From assembly GCF_009914755.1 (NCBI RefSeq), contig NC_060939.1: a stretch of DNA of 64,000 nt, one strand, 5' to 3'. The first letter of the stretch is position 1, and the number at the start of each line of letters is the position of its first letter. This document shows positions 1 through 14,609 of the stretch, one piece after another. A program made the position numbers and the translations under genes. The stretch is from the human T2T-CHM13v2.0 reference genome, Homo sapiens. The notes under the pieces are model-generated. The model had not been told where the DNA came from and did not search any database. It was given only the letters and a program-made list of their open reading frames with translations.

Positions 1-110
1 GATTGCTTTGAATTTCTCTAGAGCCTGGAATAATCATTAAAGTCACTCTCAGTATAATCTCATGGGCAAGGAAAACTTCAATTGCTCATGGTGTACACAA
101 GTCTTTACTG

Positions 111-408
<298 letters not shown>

Positions 409-519
409 GACTTTACTAAAGGCTAGGCAATAACGAATAACCAAAGGGAAATAAACACAACATGTAACACCAAACTAGATTGTCTGGTTGTTACATGACT
501 GTAATAGGTCTGTTGCCTG

Positions 520-1049
520 ATGTGCATGGTAAGCCAATTTGCCAAGACACCAGGTTGCAGCAAAGAAAGAGTTTTAATTGTAGGGCTGCCATATGAGGAG
601 ATGGAAGGAAACTTCAAACTCCCTGAGGAGTTTGGGGCTAGAGTTTATAAGGGTTTTGGAGTGAGCCAAGGAGTGACGATTGTTGCTTGGTTGAAGAGTA
701 CAAGATGAAGTCATGGTACAAGATGAAGAAATGATATTCTCATGTTGATGCTGATTGAGTTACCCTATGAGGGTCTTGAACTGCTTGGCATCAGCTGTTC
801 TGCTGGAATTCAGGATCTGCTTAAGCAATTCTTAAAGTGTTAGGACTCTAATGTCAGAAATCATATCTATCTTAAACAAAAGCTGTATGATTCTAGGGCC
901 AGGAATCCTATTTATAGGTATAATGGGGGTGCAGATGGCCAGTATCTAGTGTGATAGGACTTTCAGTAACAAGGAAGTGGGTCAACATGCAGACTGATTA
1001 CCGCTTGATTATAATTATTTCTGTCCAGATTTCTTGTAAAGCCCCTGAG
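520..1049 (-). mobile_element. ERV1-class LTR fragment (MER4-group-like), split by THE1
   Basis: Motifs such as GAGTTTTAATTGTAGGGCTGCC and CCCTGAGGAGTTTGGGGCTAG resemble reversed ERV1 LTRs; subfamily not certain. Confidence 0.5.
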
Positions 1050-1054
1050 GGTGG

Positions 1055-3347
1055 TATATTAGTCTGTTTTCATGCTGCTGATAAAGACATGCCTGAGACT
1101 GGGAAGAAAAAGAGGTTTAATTGGACTTACACTTCCACATGGCTGGGGAGGCCTCAGAATCATGGCACGAGGTGAAAGGCACTTCTTACATGGTGGGAGT
1201 AAGACAAAAAATGAGGAAAAAGCAAAAGCGGAAACCCTGATAAACCCATTAGATCTCATGAGACTTATTCACTATCATGAGAATAGCACTGGAAAGACCA
1301 GCCCCCATGATTCAATTACCTCCTCCCACTGGGTCCCTCCCACAATATGTGGGAATTCTGGGAAATAAAATTCAAGTTGAGATTTGGGTGGGGACACAGC
1401 CAAACCATATCATTCCACCCCTGGCCCCTCCAAATCTCATGTCCTCACATTTCAAAACCAATCATGCCTTCCCAACAGTCCCCCAAACTTAACTTATTTC
1501 AGCATTAACCCAAAAGTCCACAGTCCAAAGTCTCATCTGAGACAAGGCAAGTAAGTCCTTTCCGCCTATGAGCCTGGAAAATCAAAAGCAAGCTAGTTAC
1601 TTCCTGAATACAATGGGGGTACAGGTATTGGGTAAATACAGCCATTCCAAATGGAAGAAATTGGCCAAAACAAAGGGATTACAGGGCCCATGCAAGTCTG
1701 AAATCCAGTGGGGCAGTCAAATTTTAAAGCTCCAAAATGATCTCCTTTGACTCCAGGTCTCACATTGAGGTCATGCTGATGCAAGAGGTGGGCTCCCATG
1801 GTCTTGGGCAGCTCTGCCCCTGTAGCTTTTCAGGGTACAGCCTCCCTCCTGGCTGCTTTCACAGGCTGGCATTGAGTGTCTGCAGCTTTTCCAGGTGCAC
1901 AGTGCAATCTGTCAGTGGATCTACCATTCTGGGGTCTGGAGGATGGTGGCCCTCTTCTCACAGCTCCACTAGGCAGTGCCCCAGTAGGGACTCTGTGTGG
2001 GGGCTCCAACCCCACATTTTCCTTCTGCACTGCCCTAGTAGAGGTTCTCCATGAGAGCCCCACCCCTGCAGCAAACTTCTGCCTGGGCGTCCAGGCATTT
2101 CCATACATCTTCTGAAATCTAGGCAGAGGTTCTCAAACCTCAATTCTTGACGTCTGTGAACCCGCACGCTCAAAACCATGTGGAAGCTGCTAAGGCTTGA
2201 GGCTTTCACCCTCTGAAGCCACAGACCAAGCTCTGTGTTGGCCCCTTTCAGCAATGTCTGGAGCAGCTGGGACACAGAGCACCAAGTCCCTAGGCTGCAA
2301 CACAGCACAGAGACCCTGGGTCTGGCCCACTAAACCATTTTTCCCTCCTGGGCCTCCGGGCCTGTGATGGGAGGGGCTGCTGTGAAGTCTCTGACATCAA
2401 CTGAGAGACATTTTCCTCATGATCTTGGGGATTAACATGAAGCTCTGTGCTACTTATGCAAATTTCTGCAGCTGGCTTGAATTTCTCCTCAAAAAAAAAA
2501 TGGGTTTTTCTTTTCTGCATTGTCAGGCTGCAAATTTCCTGAACTTCTATGCTCTGTTTCTGTTTTAAAACAGAATGCTTTTAACAGCACCCAAGTCACG
2601 TTTTGAATGCTTTGCTGCTTAGAAATTTCTTCCACCAGGTACCCTAAATCATCTCTCTCAATTTCAAAGTTCCACAAATCTCTAGGGCAGGGGCAAAATG
2701 CCACCAGTCTCTGCTAAAACATAACAAGAGTCACCTTTGCTCCAGTTCCAACAAGTTCCTCATCTCCATCTGAGACCACGTCAGCCTGGACCTTATTGTT
2801 CATATCACTATCAGCCTTTTTTTCAAAGCCATTCAACAAGTCTCTAGGAGGTTCCAAACTTTCCCACATTTTCCTGTCTTCTTCTGAGCCCTCCAAACTG
2901 TTCCAACCTCTTTGTGTTACCCAGTTCCAAAGTCGCTTCCACATTTTTAGGTGTCTTTTCAGCAATGCCACACACTACTGGTCCCAATTTACTGTATTAG
3001 TCCACTTTCATGCTGCTTATAAGACATACCCTAGACTGGAAAGAAAAAGATGTTTAATTGGACTTACAATTCCAAATGGCTGGGGAGGCCTCAGAATCAT
3101 GGTGGGAGGTGAAAGGCACTTCTTACATGGCAGTGAAAAGAGAAAAAATGATGAAAAAGCAAAAGCGGAAACCCCTGATAAACCCATCATATCTCATGAG
3201 ACTTATTCACTATCATGAGAATAGCATGGGAAAGACCAGCCCCCATGATTAAGTTACCTTCCCCTGGGTCCCTCCCACAACACATGGGAATTCTGGGAGA
3301 TACAATTCAAGTTGAGACTTGGGTGGGGACACAGCCAAGCCATATCA
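1055..3347 (-). mobile_element. Full-length THE1 (THE1C-like) MaLR element: LTR 1055-1412, internal 1413-2992, LTR 2993-3347
   Basis: Two ~355-bp direct repeats (T[G/A]TATTAG...CCATATCA) flank a ~1.58-kb internal region; perfect 5-bp TSD GGTGG at 1050-1054 and 3348-3352. Confidence 0.95.
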
Positions 3348-3558
3348 GGTGGCTTCAATAACTTGCTCACCAGAGCTCCCAATCCGCCATCCAGTTGCAT
3401 TCATCTTAGATGTATCACTTAGGGGACTGAACCTGGACACCTATTGTTTTAGTTAAGAGGCTTTCCACCTCAATTAACAGAAAACCAACTCCACTCCTTA
3501 AACAGTGAAGGTGGCTTATATAACCAAATGTCTTGATATATGCAGACTTCAGGTACCA

Positions 3559-4233
3559 TATAGTCATTGCCCGACAGGTTCTTCCTCTCCACTGCACAGA
3601 CAAAATCAATCCACTGAGATGGCAGCACTGCAGTAGAGAAAGAGTTTAATTGACATGAGGCAAGCCCATGAGGGAGAACTGGGCTCAAATCAGTCTCTGA
3701 AGATTTGGAGGTTGGGAGTTTTTAGGGAGTAGGTGCTGCTGATTGGTTGGGGATGAAATCGTAGGGGTGTGGAAAATAGTCCTCATGGGCTGAGTCTGCC
3801 TCTGGGTGGGGCCACAGGATTCATTGAGTCATGAGTTCAGGTGGAGTCCATCTGAAAAACATCTCAAACTAATTATAGGTTCTGTAATAGTGATGTTATA
3901 TAGGAGCAATTGGGAAGGTCACAAATCTTGTGACCTCTGGTCACATGACTCCTGAGCAGTAAGGGATTAGAAACTATGCCTACATTTTAGCAGAGTTCAG
4001 CACCCTCTCATAATCCGAAGCTTGTGGCTTTTTATTCGTTTTACAGATGCAGTTTAGTTTTGGGAAGGGCTGTTATTATCCCTGCTTTAAGGTTAAACTA
4101 TAAACTAAATTCTCCCCATGGTTAGCTTGGCCCACACCCAGGAAAGACCGAGGATAGCTTGGAGGTCAGAAGCAAGATGGAATCAACTATGTCAGATTTC
4201 TCTTACTGTCATAATTTTGCAAAGGCAGTTTCA
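3559..4233 (-). mobile_element. LTR8/LTR8A-like solo LTR (ERV1)
   Basis: Reverse complement begins TGAAACTGCCTTTGCAAAATTATGACAGTAAGAGAAATCTGAC, the LTR8-family 5' end. Confidence 0.8.
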
Positions 4234-5517
4234 ACATAATCAAAGTTCTAGCCTGATTTTCTTGCAGTGTTTGCGAGTCCATTCTCCACGTGTAGGTTTT
4301 GTTCTCAGGCTGGCTTCCCTCAAGGCACAAATTAAGCAACAGGTTTCTTTGCTTACATTCAATATGGAACAGTGAGATCTACTTTCCATTATTATCACTC
4401 AAATATAAAGAACTTTCCCAAAAGCTATTAGTAGCTCAAATTTTATTGGCCAACACTGAGGTACATTCCCATTCCTAAACCATTTGCTGGCCAGGGATGA
4501 GATTACATGGTTAGTTTACCTTAACCAGTCCTTACTTTGTGAGCTGAGGATGGTGTTAGCTTTCCCTAATCCCAAAGGTTGGATAAGGATGGATACCAGA
4601 ACAAAATTGGGGATCTATGAGAAGGAAGGTGTGGGAAATTGATTACAGGTAGGCACCAAGAATATCCACTATATATATATTTTTTCTACCTTCTTTAAAT
4701 TCTCACATTATTATTCCCTTGATTTTTGTGGTCCAACTGCACTGGCTTTCTTTTGGATCATCAAACATGCCTTGCTCCTTGTCACCCTGAGATCTTTGTT
4801 CAGACTATTTTCTTAGCCTGGAATTCTCTTCTCCCACTCTCTTTCCTGGTAAAATGCTACTCACTTAAAAGTCATTTCTTTCATAAAGCCTTCCCTCAGC
4901 CCCTTACTACATTATGTGCCTCTTCTTCCAACTCAAACTAACTTAAGCAAAAGGAGAATACAGTCAGTTTTCATTACGTGCAGTAGTTATGTTCTATCAA
5001 GTTGCCATAAACACTGCATTAGTGAATACTGAACCATTACTCCCAGAAGACTTAAAAGGTTAGGTTCCAGGGAGCCTCCGGTCACAATATTCTCATCAAT
5101 GGATCAATACATAACCTTGTTTTATGTGTGTTTTGGCTTAAAGACATCTCATTTAATGCGTATTGTTGATTCATTAACACTGAACTACCAACATGCTAAC
5201 TCATGCCTGAACAAAGCTTATCTAACCCATATATTTTCTCTGTAAGGCACATCTCAGCCTAGTATTCAGGAACGCTAACCAAAACAGCACTTTAGCACTA
5301 AGCTCCAGGGCCATTTTAAACAGTGAAAACAACGAAAAGCACAAAATGTGAAAAACGTGGCACTAAATAGATTGCAAAAAGGACATTTGTTTACAGTGTG
5401 AGAGGTGAAGCAAGACAGCAGACGTCTTGTTGAACCTCAGCTGGAAACATGCACATCAGGTGACTCAAATTTTTCACTACTCTGTACATACATGTCAGTG
5501 AATGATTGTGAAAGCAC

Positions 5518-6477
5518 TGTTGGGGCTCAGAAAACAATACCCCATAGTATGGCACTGTGGCATGCTGAGTGCTTTGAACTGAAGTTGAACCAAGGTCTCA
5601 CTGACTTTCTCCTGTGCTCTTGTCTCTTGTCCTTCTCTCCTGAAGAGCAAGAGGGAGCTCTCTCTGAATTTCCCTTACTTGCCTAAAAATGGATCCTCCA
5701 AAAGGGACTCATTTGTCCCCTCTCTGCAATCTCATTAGCTAGGGAAGATTAATTATATCACAGGAGAGGAGACTAAAGGTTGGTACCTTGCCCAGATAGA
5801 CTTTGTCAAAAGTTGCCACCTATTCTTCTTCTTCCTGTATTTTTTTTTTTTTTTTTTTTGAGATAGGGTCTCATTCCTATCACCCAGGCTGGAGTGCAGT
5901 GGCACTATTGTGGCTTACTGCAGCCTTGAGCTCCCACGCTGAAGGGGTCCTCCTGCCTCAGCCTCTTGAGTAGCTGGGACCATGGCATGTGCCTCCACAC
6001 CCAGCTATTTTTTTTTTCTTTTTTTGTAGGCATGTGGGGTTTTTCCATGTTGCCCAAGCTGATCTCAAACTTCTGACCTCAAGCGATCTGGCTGCCTCAG
6101 CCCCAAATGCTGGGATTACAGACATGAGCCACTGCCCCCAGCCCAACTGTTCTGAGGGTTGCTACTTGAGATATTTTCTCTGTATAACAAGACAACTTTG
6201 TTCACTATAAATTTCCTCCTCTCACCCTCTCATAACCTGTCACCACCTCCCCACAGAAGCCTCAAGCCCCTATTTCCTTCTATAGCTCAGGATGCTATAA
6301 AAACTTTGACCATCTACCCCTTCTTTGAATCTTATAATTTGTGAGGCTCCCACGTGCATGCACATAATAAAACTGTATGCCTTTTCTCTTGTTAATCTGT
6401 ATGCTGTCAGTTTATTCCAGAGACTCAAATTATCAAACCTTCAGAAAGTAGGGGGAAGGTTTAAAACTCCCTTATAG
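5518..6477 (+). mobile_element. ERV1 solo LTR (MER39-like) containing an Alu
   Basis: Starts TGTTGGGGCTCAGAAAACAATACCCC; TATAAA near 6295 and AATAAA near 6366. Confidence 0.65.
5840..6143 (-). mobile_element. Alu (AluJ-like)
   Basis: Poly-T followed by a reverse dimeric Alu. Confidence 0.9.
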
Positions 6478-6559
6478 TTTCAAGAGTATTAATCTGGGGG
6501 TTACAAATACGCTTTAGTAGGTAAGTAAATTTGCAAATACAGAATCCATGAATAATGAG

Positions 6560-7107
6560 TGTGGTGGTTAATATTAGGGGTCAACTTGATTGAAGGATGC
6601 CTACATAACTGGTAAAGTATTGTTTCTGGGTGTGTCTGTGAGGGTGTTGCCAGAGGAGATTAACATTTGAGTCAGCGGACTGGGAGAGGAAGACCCACCC
6701 TCCATGTGGGTGGGCACCATCCAATTGGCTGCCAGAGAGGCTAGAACGAAGCAAGCAGAGGAAGGTGGGATAAGCTGGCTTGCTGAGTTTTCTAACTTTC
6801 ATCTTTTTCCCATGCTGGATGCTTCCTGCCGTTGGACATCAGACTCCAGGTTCTTCGGGGACTCTTGGACTTACACCAGCGTTTTGCCGGGGGCTCTGTC
6901 GGCTGCACTGTCAGTTTCCCTACTTTTGAGACTTTTGGACTCGGACTGAGCCACTACTGGCTTCCTTCTTTCTCAGCTTGGAGACAGCCTATCATGGACT
7001 TCGCATTGTGATCGTGTGAGTCAATTCTCCTTAAGAAACTCCCTTTCATGTATACATCTACATCCATCCTATTAGTTCTGTCCCCCTGGAGAACCCTGAC
7101 TAATACA
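6560..7107 (+). mobile_element. MLT2 (ERVL) solo LTR
   Basis: TGTGGTGGTTAATATTAG...GAGAACCCTGACTAATACA; 5-bp TSD ATGAG/ATAAG. Confidence 0.85.
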
Positions 7108-9045
7108 ATAAGAATCAATTGTATGTTGCTGGATATACCTGGAAAGTCCAAGGAGGTAAATCTGATTCCAGGAATGACTAGATCTGAGAGTTTCAGGTCT
7201 CTCTTTTTTCCATCCCTCTGTTGTCTCTTCATGGCTTTGTTCTTGAAGAGGTTCTCTCTACTCAGCAGCACAACAGCTACCAGTAGTCCCAAGTCTATGT
7301 AATTCTTAGTTTACCCCCAAGCCCATAAGATAAACCCTTTATCTCCCAAGCTCTATGTATTTAATCTAAGAGAATAGTCTGATTGGGCTTTCTTGTACCC
7401 ATTCCCTCATCTAGGGCAGGTGCAAGCGTGTTAGCCCCACCTGAACTGCATGAACAGACTCCTTACTGCGAAGAGGGGCGCTGTAATCAAAAGAAAGGAA
7501 AAGGAGCACAGTTGAATCTAATTAACAGCTGTTAATTATACCTGGCACATTTTTAGAATTCCGTGAAATGAAAAATGAACATTCTTTAAAAAATAATTTA
7601 GTTTTTCAACCATTGTCCACTCCCACCCCAAGTAGTCCTGTTTGTATTGTTGCCATCTGTGTGTCCATGAGTACCCAATATTTGGCTCACACTTATAAGT
7701 GAGAACGCGGTATTTGGCTTTCTGTTCCTGCGTTAATTCACTTAGGATAATGGCTACATCCATGCTGCTGCAAAGGACATGATTTCATTTTTTTTTATGA
7801 CTCCGTAATGTTTCTGTTGTGTATGTACCACATTTTCTTTATCCCGTCCACCACTGATGGGCACCTAGGTTGATCCCATGTCTTTGTTATTGTGAATAGT
7901 GCTGCGATGAACATATAGATGCATATGTCTTTTGGTAGAATGATTTATTTTCTTTTAGATAGATACCCAGTAATGGGATTGCTGGGTCAAATGGTACTTT
8001 TGTTTTCAGTTTTTTGAGAAATCTCCAAACTGCTTTGCACACTGGCTGAACTAATTTACATTCTCATCAACAGTGTATACATGCTCCCTTTTCTCTGCAG
8101 CCTTGTCAGCATCTGTTATTTTTTGACTTTTTAAGAATAGCTATTCTGACTGGTATGATATGGTATTTTATTGTGATTTGATTTGCCTTTCTCTAATGAT
8201 TAGTGATATGGAGCATTTTTTTCATGTATTTGTTGGCTGCTTGTGTTTTTTTTTTTTCTTTTTGGAGAAGTGTCTGTTCATGTCTTTTCTCCGTTTTTAA
8301 TGGGGTTATTTGTTTTTGCTTGTTCAATTGTTTAAGTTACTTATAGATTCTGGATATTAGACCTTTGTCAGATGTGTAGTTTGCAAATGTTTTCTTCCAT
8401 TCTGTAGGTTGTCCATATAATTTGTTAATAATTTATCTTGCTGTGTGGAAGCTCTTTAGTTTAATTAGGTCCCACTTGACAATTTTTGTTTTCGTTGCAA
8501 TTGCTTTTGAGGACTTAGTCATAAATTATTTCCCAAGGCCAATGTCCCTAATGGTGTTTCCTAGGTTTTCTTCTAGTAGTCTTATAGTTTGAGGTCTTAA
8601 ATTTAAATCTTAATCCATCTTGTAATAAGATAGGTGAAATGTAGGGGTTGAATTTCATTCTTCTGCATATTGCTAGGCAGTTATCCCAGCACCATTTATT
8701 GAATAGTAAGTCCTTTTTCCATTGCTTATTTTTGTCACCTTCGTCGAGATCAGATGGCTGTAGGTGTGCAGCTTCACTTCTGGATTCTGTATTCTGTTCC
8801 ATTTATCTATGTGTCTGTTTTTGTTGTAGCCTTGTAGTATAGCTTGAAGTCAGGTAATGTGATGCCTCTGGCTTTGTTGTTTTTGCTTGGAATTGCTTTG
8901 GCTATTCAGACTCTTTTTTGGTTCCATATGAATTTTAGAATAGTTTTTTTCTAGTTCTGTGAAAGATGACATTGGTAGTTTGATAAGAATAGTGTTGAAT
9001 ATGTAGATTCCTTTGGCAGCATGGCCATTTTAACAATATTGATTC

Positions 9046-9336
9046 TTTTTCCATGTTTTGTTTTGTTTTTTCTTTTTTTTGAGATGGAATCTCCCTCTGT
9101 TGCTCAGGCTGGAGTGCAACCTCTGCCTCCCAGGTTCAAGTGATTCTCTTGCCTCACCCTACTGAGTAGCTGGGATTACAGGCATGTGCCACCATACCTG
9201 GCTGACTTTTGTATTTTTAGTAGAGATGGGGTTTTACCATATTGGCTATGCTGGTCTCAAACTCCTGACCTCAACTGATCTACCCGCCTCGGCCTCCCAA
9301 AGTGCTGGAATTACAGGCATGAGCCACCATGCCCAG
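9046..9336 (-). mobile_element. Alu (AluS) with ~25-bp internal deletion
   Basis: Reverse Alu; GGAGTGCA joined directly to ACCTCTGCC. Confidence 0.9.
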
Positions 9337-10679
9337 TGATATTTATTCTTCTGATCCATGAGCATGGAGTGCATTTGTGTCATCTATGATTTCTTTGAGC
9401 AGTGTTTTGTAGATCTCCTTGTAATGATCTTTCATCTCCCTGTTTAGATGTATTCCTAGGTATTTTGTGTGTGTGTGGCTATTGTAAATGGGATTGTATT
9501 CTTGGTCTGGCTCTCAGCTTGAATGTTGGTATATAGAAATGCTAGTGATACTTGTACATTGATTTTGTATCCTGAAATTTTACTGAAGTCATCTATCAGT
9601 TCCCTGAGCCTTTTTGTAGTGTCTTTAGGGTTTTCTAGGTATAGAATCATATTGTCCGTGAAGACTGATATTTTGACTTATTTTCTGATTCGAATGCCTT
9701 TTATTTCTTTCCTTTGCCTGATTGCTCTGGCTAGCAATGTACTATGTTGAATAGGAGTGGTGAGAGTGGGCATCTTTGTGTTGTTCCAGCTCTTGAGGGA
9801 AATGCTTCCAGTATTTTTTGCCCATTCAGTATGATGTTGGCTGTGGGTTTTACATAGATGGCTCTTATTTTTGGAGGTATGCTCCTTAGATGCCTAGTTT
9901 CTTGAGGGTTTTTAGCAAGAAGCAATGTTGGGTTTTATTGAAAGCTTTTTCTGTGTTTATTGAGATGATCATATGGTTTTTGTTTTTAATTCTGTTTCTG
10001 TGGTCAATCACATTTCTTGAATCGTGTATGTTGAACCAACCTTGCATCCTAGGAATGAAGCCTACTTGATTGTGGTGAACTAACTTTTTGATGTGCTGTT
10101 GGATTTGGTTTGCTAGTATTTTGTTGAGGATTTTTGCATCTATGTTCATCAGGTATATTGGCCTGGAGTTTTTTTTTTTTTTCTGTTGTGTCTTTGGTAG
10201 GTTTTGGTATCAGGGTGATGCTGGCTTTGTAGAATTAGTTAGGGAGGAGTCCTTCCTCCTTGATTAAAAAAAAAATAGTTTCAGTAGAATTGGTATAAGC
10301 ACTTTGTACATCTTGTAGAATTTGACTGAATCAATCTGGTCTAGGGATTTTTTGGTTGGTAGGTTTTTTGATACTGATTGAATGTCAGAACTTGATATTG
10401 GTCTGTTCTGAGTTTCAATTTCTACCTGATTTGATCTTGGGAGATTGTATGTTTCCAGGAATTCATCCATTTCCTCTAGATTTTATCCTTTGTGTGCATA
10501 GAGGTAGTCATAATAGTCTCTGAGCATCTTTTGTATTTCTGTGGGATCGTTTGTAATAACCATTGTCATTTCTGATTGTGCTTATTTGGATCTTCTCCTT
10601 TTTTTCTTCGCTAATCTAGCTAATGGTTTATCAATTTTGTTTATCCTTCGAAAAACCAACTTTTCGTTTTGTTGACTCC

Positions 10680-10976
10680 TTTTTTTTTTTCCCACACGGA
10701 GTCTCTCTCTGTTGCCCAGATTGAAGTGCAGTGGCGCAATCTCAGCTCACTGCAACCTCCGCCTCCCAGGTTCAAACAATTACTCTGCCTCAGCCTCCTG
10801 AGTAGCTCGGATTACAGGCATGCACTACCATGCCCAGCTAATTTTTGCATTTTTAGTAGAGATGGGGAGGGTGGCACTTCACCACATTGGCCAGGCTGAT
10901 CTTGAACTCCTGACCTCAAGTGATCCATCAGCCTTGACCTCCCAAAGTGCTGGGATTACAGGCATGAGCCACTGGT
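10680..10976 (-). mobile_element. Alu (AluS)
   Basis: Reverse dimeric Alu inside L1. Confidence 0.9.
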
Positions 10977-11720
10977 CTCAATTTCACTTAGTTTTGCTCT
11001 GATTTTAGTTATTTTTCTGCTAGCTTGGGGATTAATTTGTTTTTGTTTTTCTAGTTCCTCTAGGTGTGATATTAGGTTGTCAATTTAAGATTTTTTCAAG
11101 CTTTTTGATGTAGGCATTTATTGCTAAAAATACTACTCTTACCACTGTTTTTGCTACATCCCAGAGATTTGTTATGTTGTGTCTCTAGTTTCATTTATTT
11201 CAAAGAATTTTTTGATTTCTGCTTTAATTTTATTGTTTATCCAAAAGTCATTCAGGAGCAAGTTATTTAATTTCCATGTAATTTTGTGGTTTTGAGAGAT
11301 TTGGGTATTAATTTCTATTTCTATTCCACTGTGGTCTGAGAGTAAGGTTCCTATCTTTTTGAATTTACTGAGGCTTGCGTAAGTATATCTTGTTATTTTG
11401 CTACTGTCATTTGAAAGCGCACTCTAAAAAATATTATAAATATGGCAAAGCATATTGCCCTGCTCTGGCCCTGTTTCGTCCTCTTCTCTTCTAGAGGCAA
11501 CCACAGCTTTTTTTAAATACAAATATATAACTTTTAGTGTATATGCATGTATCCATAAAGAATATATGAATTATTGTTTGTATTTCTAAATTAAACATAA
11601 ATAGCATCATAGTTTATAGGTTCGTTTTCAACTTGCCTTTTAAAAGCATGTTTTGAACTATACAATCTGATACATGGAAATCGAGTTTTTTCATTTTATC
11701 TGTTTATTATTCTGTTGTAT

Positions 11721-12775
11721 CATTGTGGGAAGTCAGGGACCCCGAATGGAGGGACCAGCTGAAGCCATGGCAGAAGAACATAAATTGTGAAGATTTCATG
11801 GACATTTATTAGTTGCCCAAATTAATACTTTTATAATTTTTTACGCCTGTCTTTACTGCAGTCTCTGAACATAAATTGTGAATATTTCATGGACATTTAT
11901 CACTTCCCCAATCAATACTCTTGTGATTTCCTATGCCTGTCTTTAATCTCTTAATTCTGTCATCTTCATAAGCTGAGGATGAATGTCGCCTCAGGACCCT
12001 GTGATGATTGCATTAACTGCACAGATTGTTTAAACAATATGAAATCTGGGCACCTTGAAAAAGGAACAGTATAACAGTGATGTTCAGGGAACAAGGGAGA
12101 TAACCATTAGGTCTGGCTGCCTGAGAGCCGGGAGGAACAGAGCCATATTTCTCTTCTTTCAAAAGCAAATAGGAGAAATATCACTGAATTCTTTTTCTCA
12201 GCAAGGAACATCCCTGAGAAGGAGAATGCATTCCCAAGGGGAATTCTCTAAAATGGCCGCTTTGGGAATGTCTGTCTTTTATGGTTGTAGATAAGGGATG
12301 AAATAAGCCCCAGTCTCACTTAGCGCTCCCAGGCTTATTAGGACGAGGAAATTCCCGCCTAATAAATTTTGGTCAGACCAGTTGTCTGCTCTCAAACCCT
12401 GTCTCCTGATAAGATGTTATCAATGACAATGCGTACCCAAAACTTCATTAGCAATTTTAATTTTGCCCTGGTTCTGTGATCTCGCCCTGCCTCCATTTGC
12501 CTTGTGATATTTTATTACCTTGTGAAGTATGTGATCTCTCTGACCCACACCCTATTCGTACACTCCCTCCCCTTTTGAAAATCACTAATAAAAACTTGCT
12601 GGTTTTGTGGCTTGGGGGGCATCATGGAACCTGCCGACATGTGGTGTCTTCCCCGACACCCAGCTTTAACATTTCTCTCTTTTGTACTCTTTCCCTTTAT
12701 TTCTCAGACCAGACGACACTTAGGGAAAGTAGAAAAGAAACTACATGAAATACTGGGGCCTGGTTTCCCCCGATA
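11721..12775 (+). mobile_element. MER11 (HERV-K11/HML-8) solo LTR, MER11B/C-like
   Basis: GGGAAGTCAGGGACCCCGAA start, duplicated ATAAATTGTGAA.ATTTCATGGACATTTAT motif, ends CCCCGATA; perfect 6-bp TSD TTGTAT (11715-20, 12776-81). Confidence 0.92.
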
Positions 12776-13108
12776 TTGTATGAATAAAAGAGAATTTATC
12801 CATTCCTCTACTAAGGGAGAGTTAGAATGATTTTGATTTTTTTTTAAATTTTTACTAAACTACTTAATTGCTATAGTTTTATAGTGCATGTTGACATCTG
12901 GATGTCTGGGTAGTGCAAGTCCCCTTCAATTCCCCTTCAAAATGTCTCTATTCTTAGGTCTTTACTATCTGAATCTTAGGATTACCTTTTCAGATTACAT
13001 AAAACCCAGCCATGAGTTTGATTTTGATTGGAATTGTGTTGCATATGCAGGTTAATTAGTGATGAACAACATGTTGATGAGGTTAAGTATTCCTACATAA
13101 GAACATGG

Positions 13109-13425
<317 letters not shown>

Positions 13426-14016
13426 TTACTTAGGGTTTCTTTAAACTTCAATCAATATCAGTAATAGAGTTTTTGCATATCTTTTGTTGGATTTATTCAT
13501 AGCTATCTAACCAGCTTGGTTGCTTCTATGAGTGGGATCATTTCTCTTTAATATCATTTTCAGATTGTTTGCTGCTACACTGTGGAAATGTTTGCTGCTA
13601 TTTTGTGGAAATGCAATGAATTTTGTATATTGTGCTTAAACCCACATTGCAGGACTCTTTCGTTAGTTATCATAGTTGTATTATCTTGGATTTTCTGTGT
13701 AGATAACCCTGTCATCCATGAATAGTTACCTTTTGCTCTTTCCTTCCAATCCTTATATTTTTTTCTTGTGTTACTACATTGAGTAGGTCTTTCATGACAA
13801 TATTGAATAAGAATAGTGATGGTGGGCATCACTGTTTTCTTCTTGAGTTTGAAAGTATTATTTCTACTATTTTGCCATTAAATATGGTGTTTACTATACA
13901 TTTTTTATAACTATGTTTTACAAAGGCAAGCAATTTTCCTTCTATCCCAAGTTTGCCTAAGCTTTTTTTAAAACTTTGCCTAACTTGCCATCTTTAAATT
14001 TAGTAATTGGATTTAA

Positions 14017-14314
<298 letters not shown>

Positions 14315-14609
14315 TAAAAAATATATTTTAAATATCCTTGAGAAATATCCCCCCCATCATTTGCTCATTTCCTATCAACCAAATCACAGACTGTTCAGTT
14401 GGCTAATAAGCATAGTACATCATTTCACTTGAGTCAATTAGTATTTTTTTCTGCATCTATAAGAGGATTATATTGTGCTTCTCCTTTAATCTGCTAATTT
14501 GGTAAACAACATTATTAGGTTCTCCTTGCATTCCTGATACAAACCCTATTTGATCTAGGGTAACTTATATTCATTTGTAATCACTCTCATAACACACATC
14601 TATTCTATT

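Larger units (their letters stand above)
4961..7123 (+). mobile_element. MER82 (Tigger-family) element split into 4961-5517, ~6484-6559 and 7108-7123 by two LTR insertions
   Basis: TA|CAGTC start, MER82-like body (GTAGTTATGTTCTAT...GAATACTGAACCATT); the right end resumes after each LTR. Confidence 0.75.
7595..11375 (-). mobile_element. 5'-truncated older primate L1 (L1PA15/16 or L1PB-like), decayed ORF2 plus 3'UTR
   Basis: ORF2 remnants on the - strand ([44 protein letters not shown]), frameshifted; two Alus inside. Confidence 0.92.

Noticed and set aside
1568-2971. Cluster of overlapping ORFs
   Set aside because: All lie within the THE1 internal region, a decayed non-autonomous MaLR sequence.
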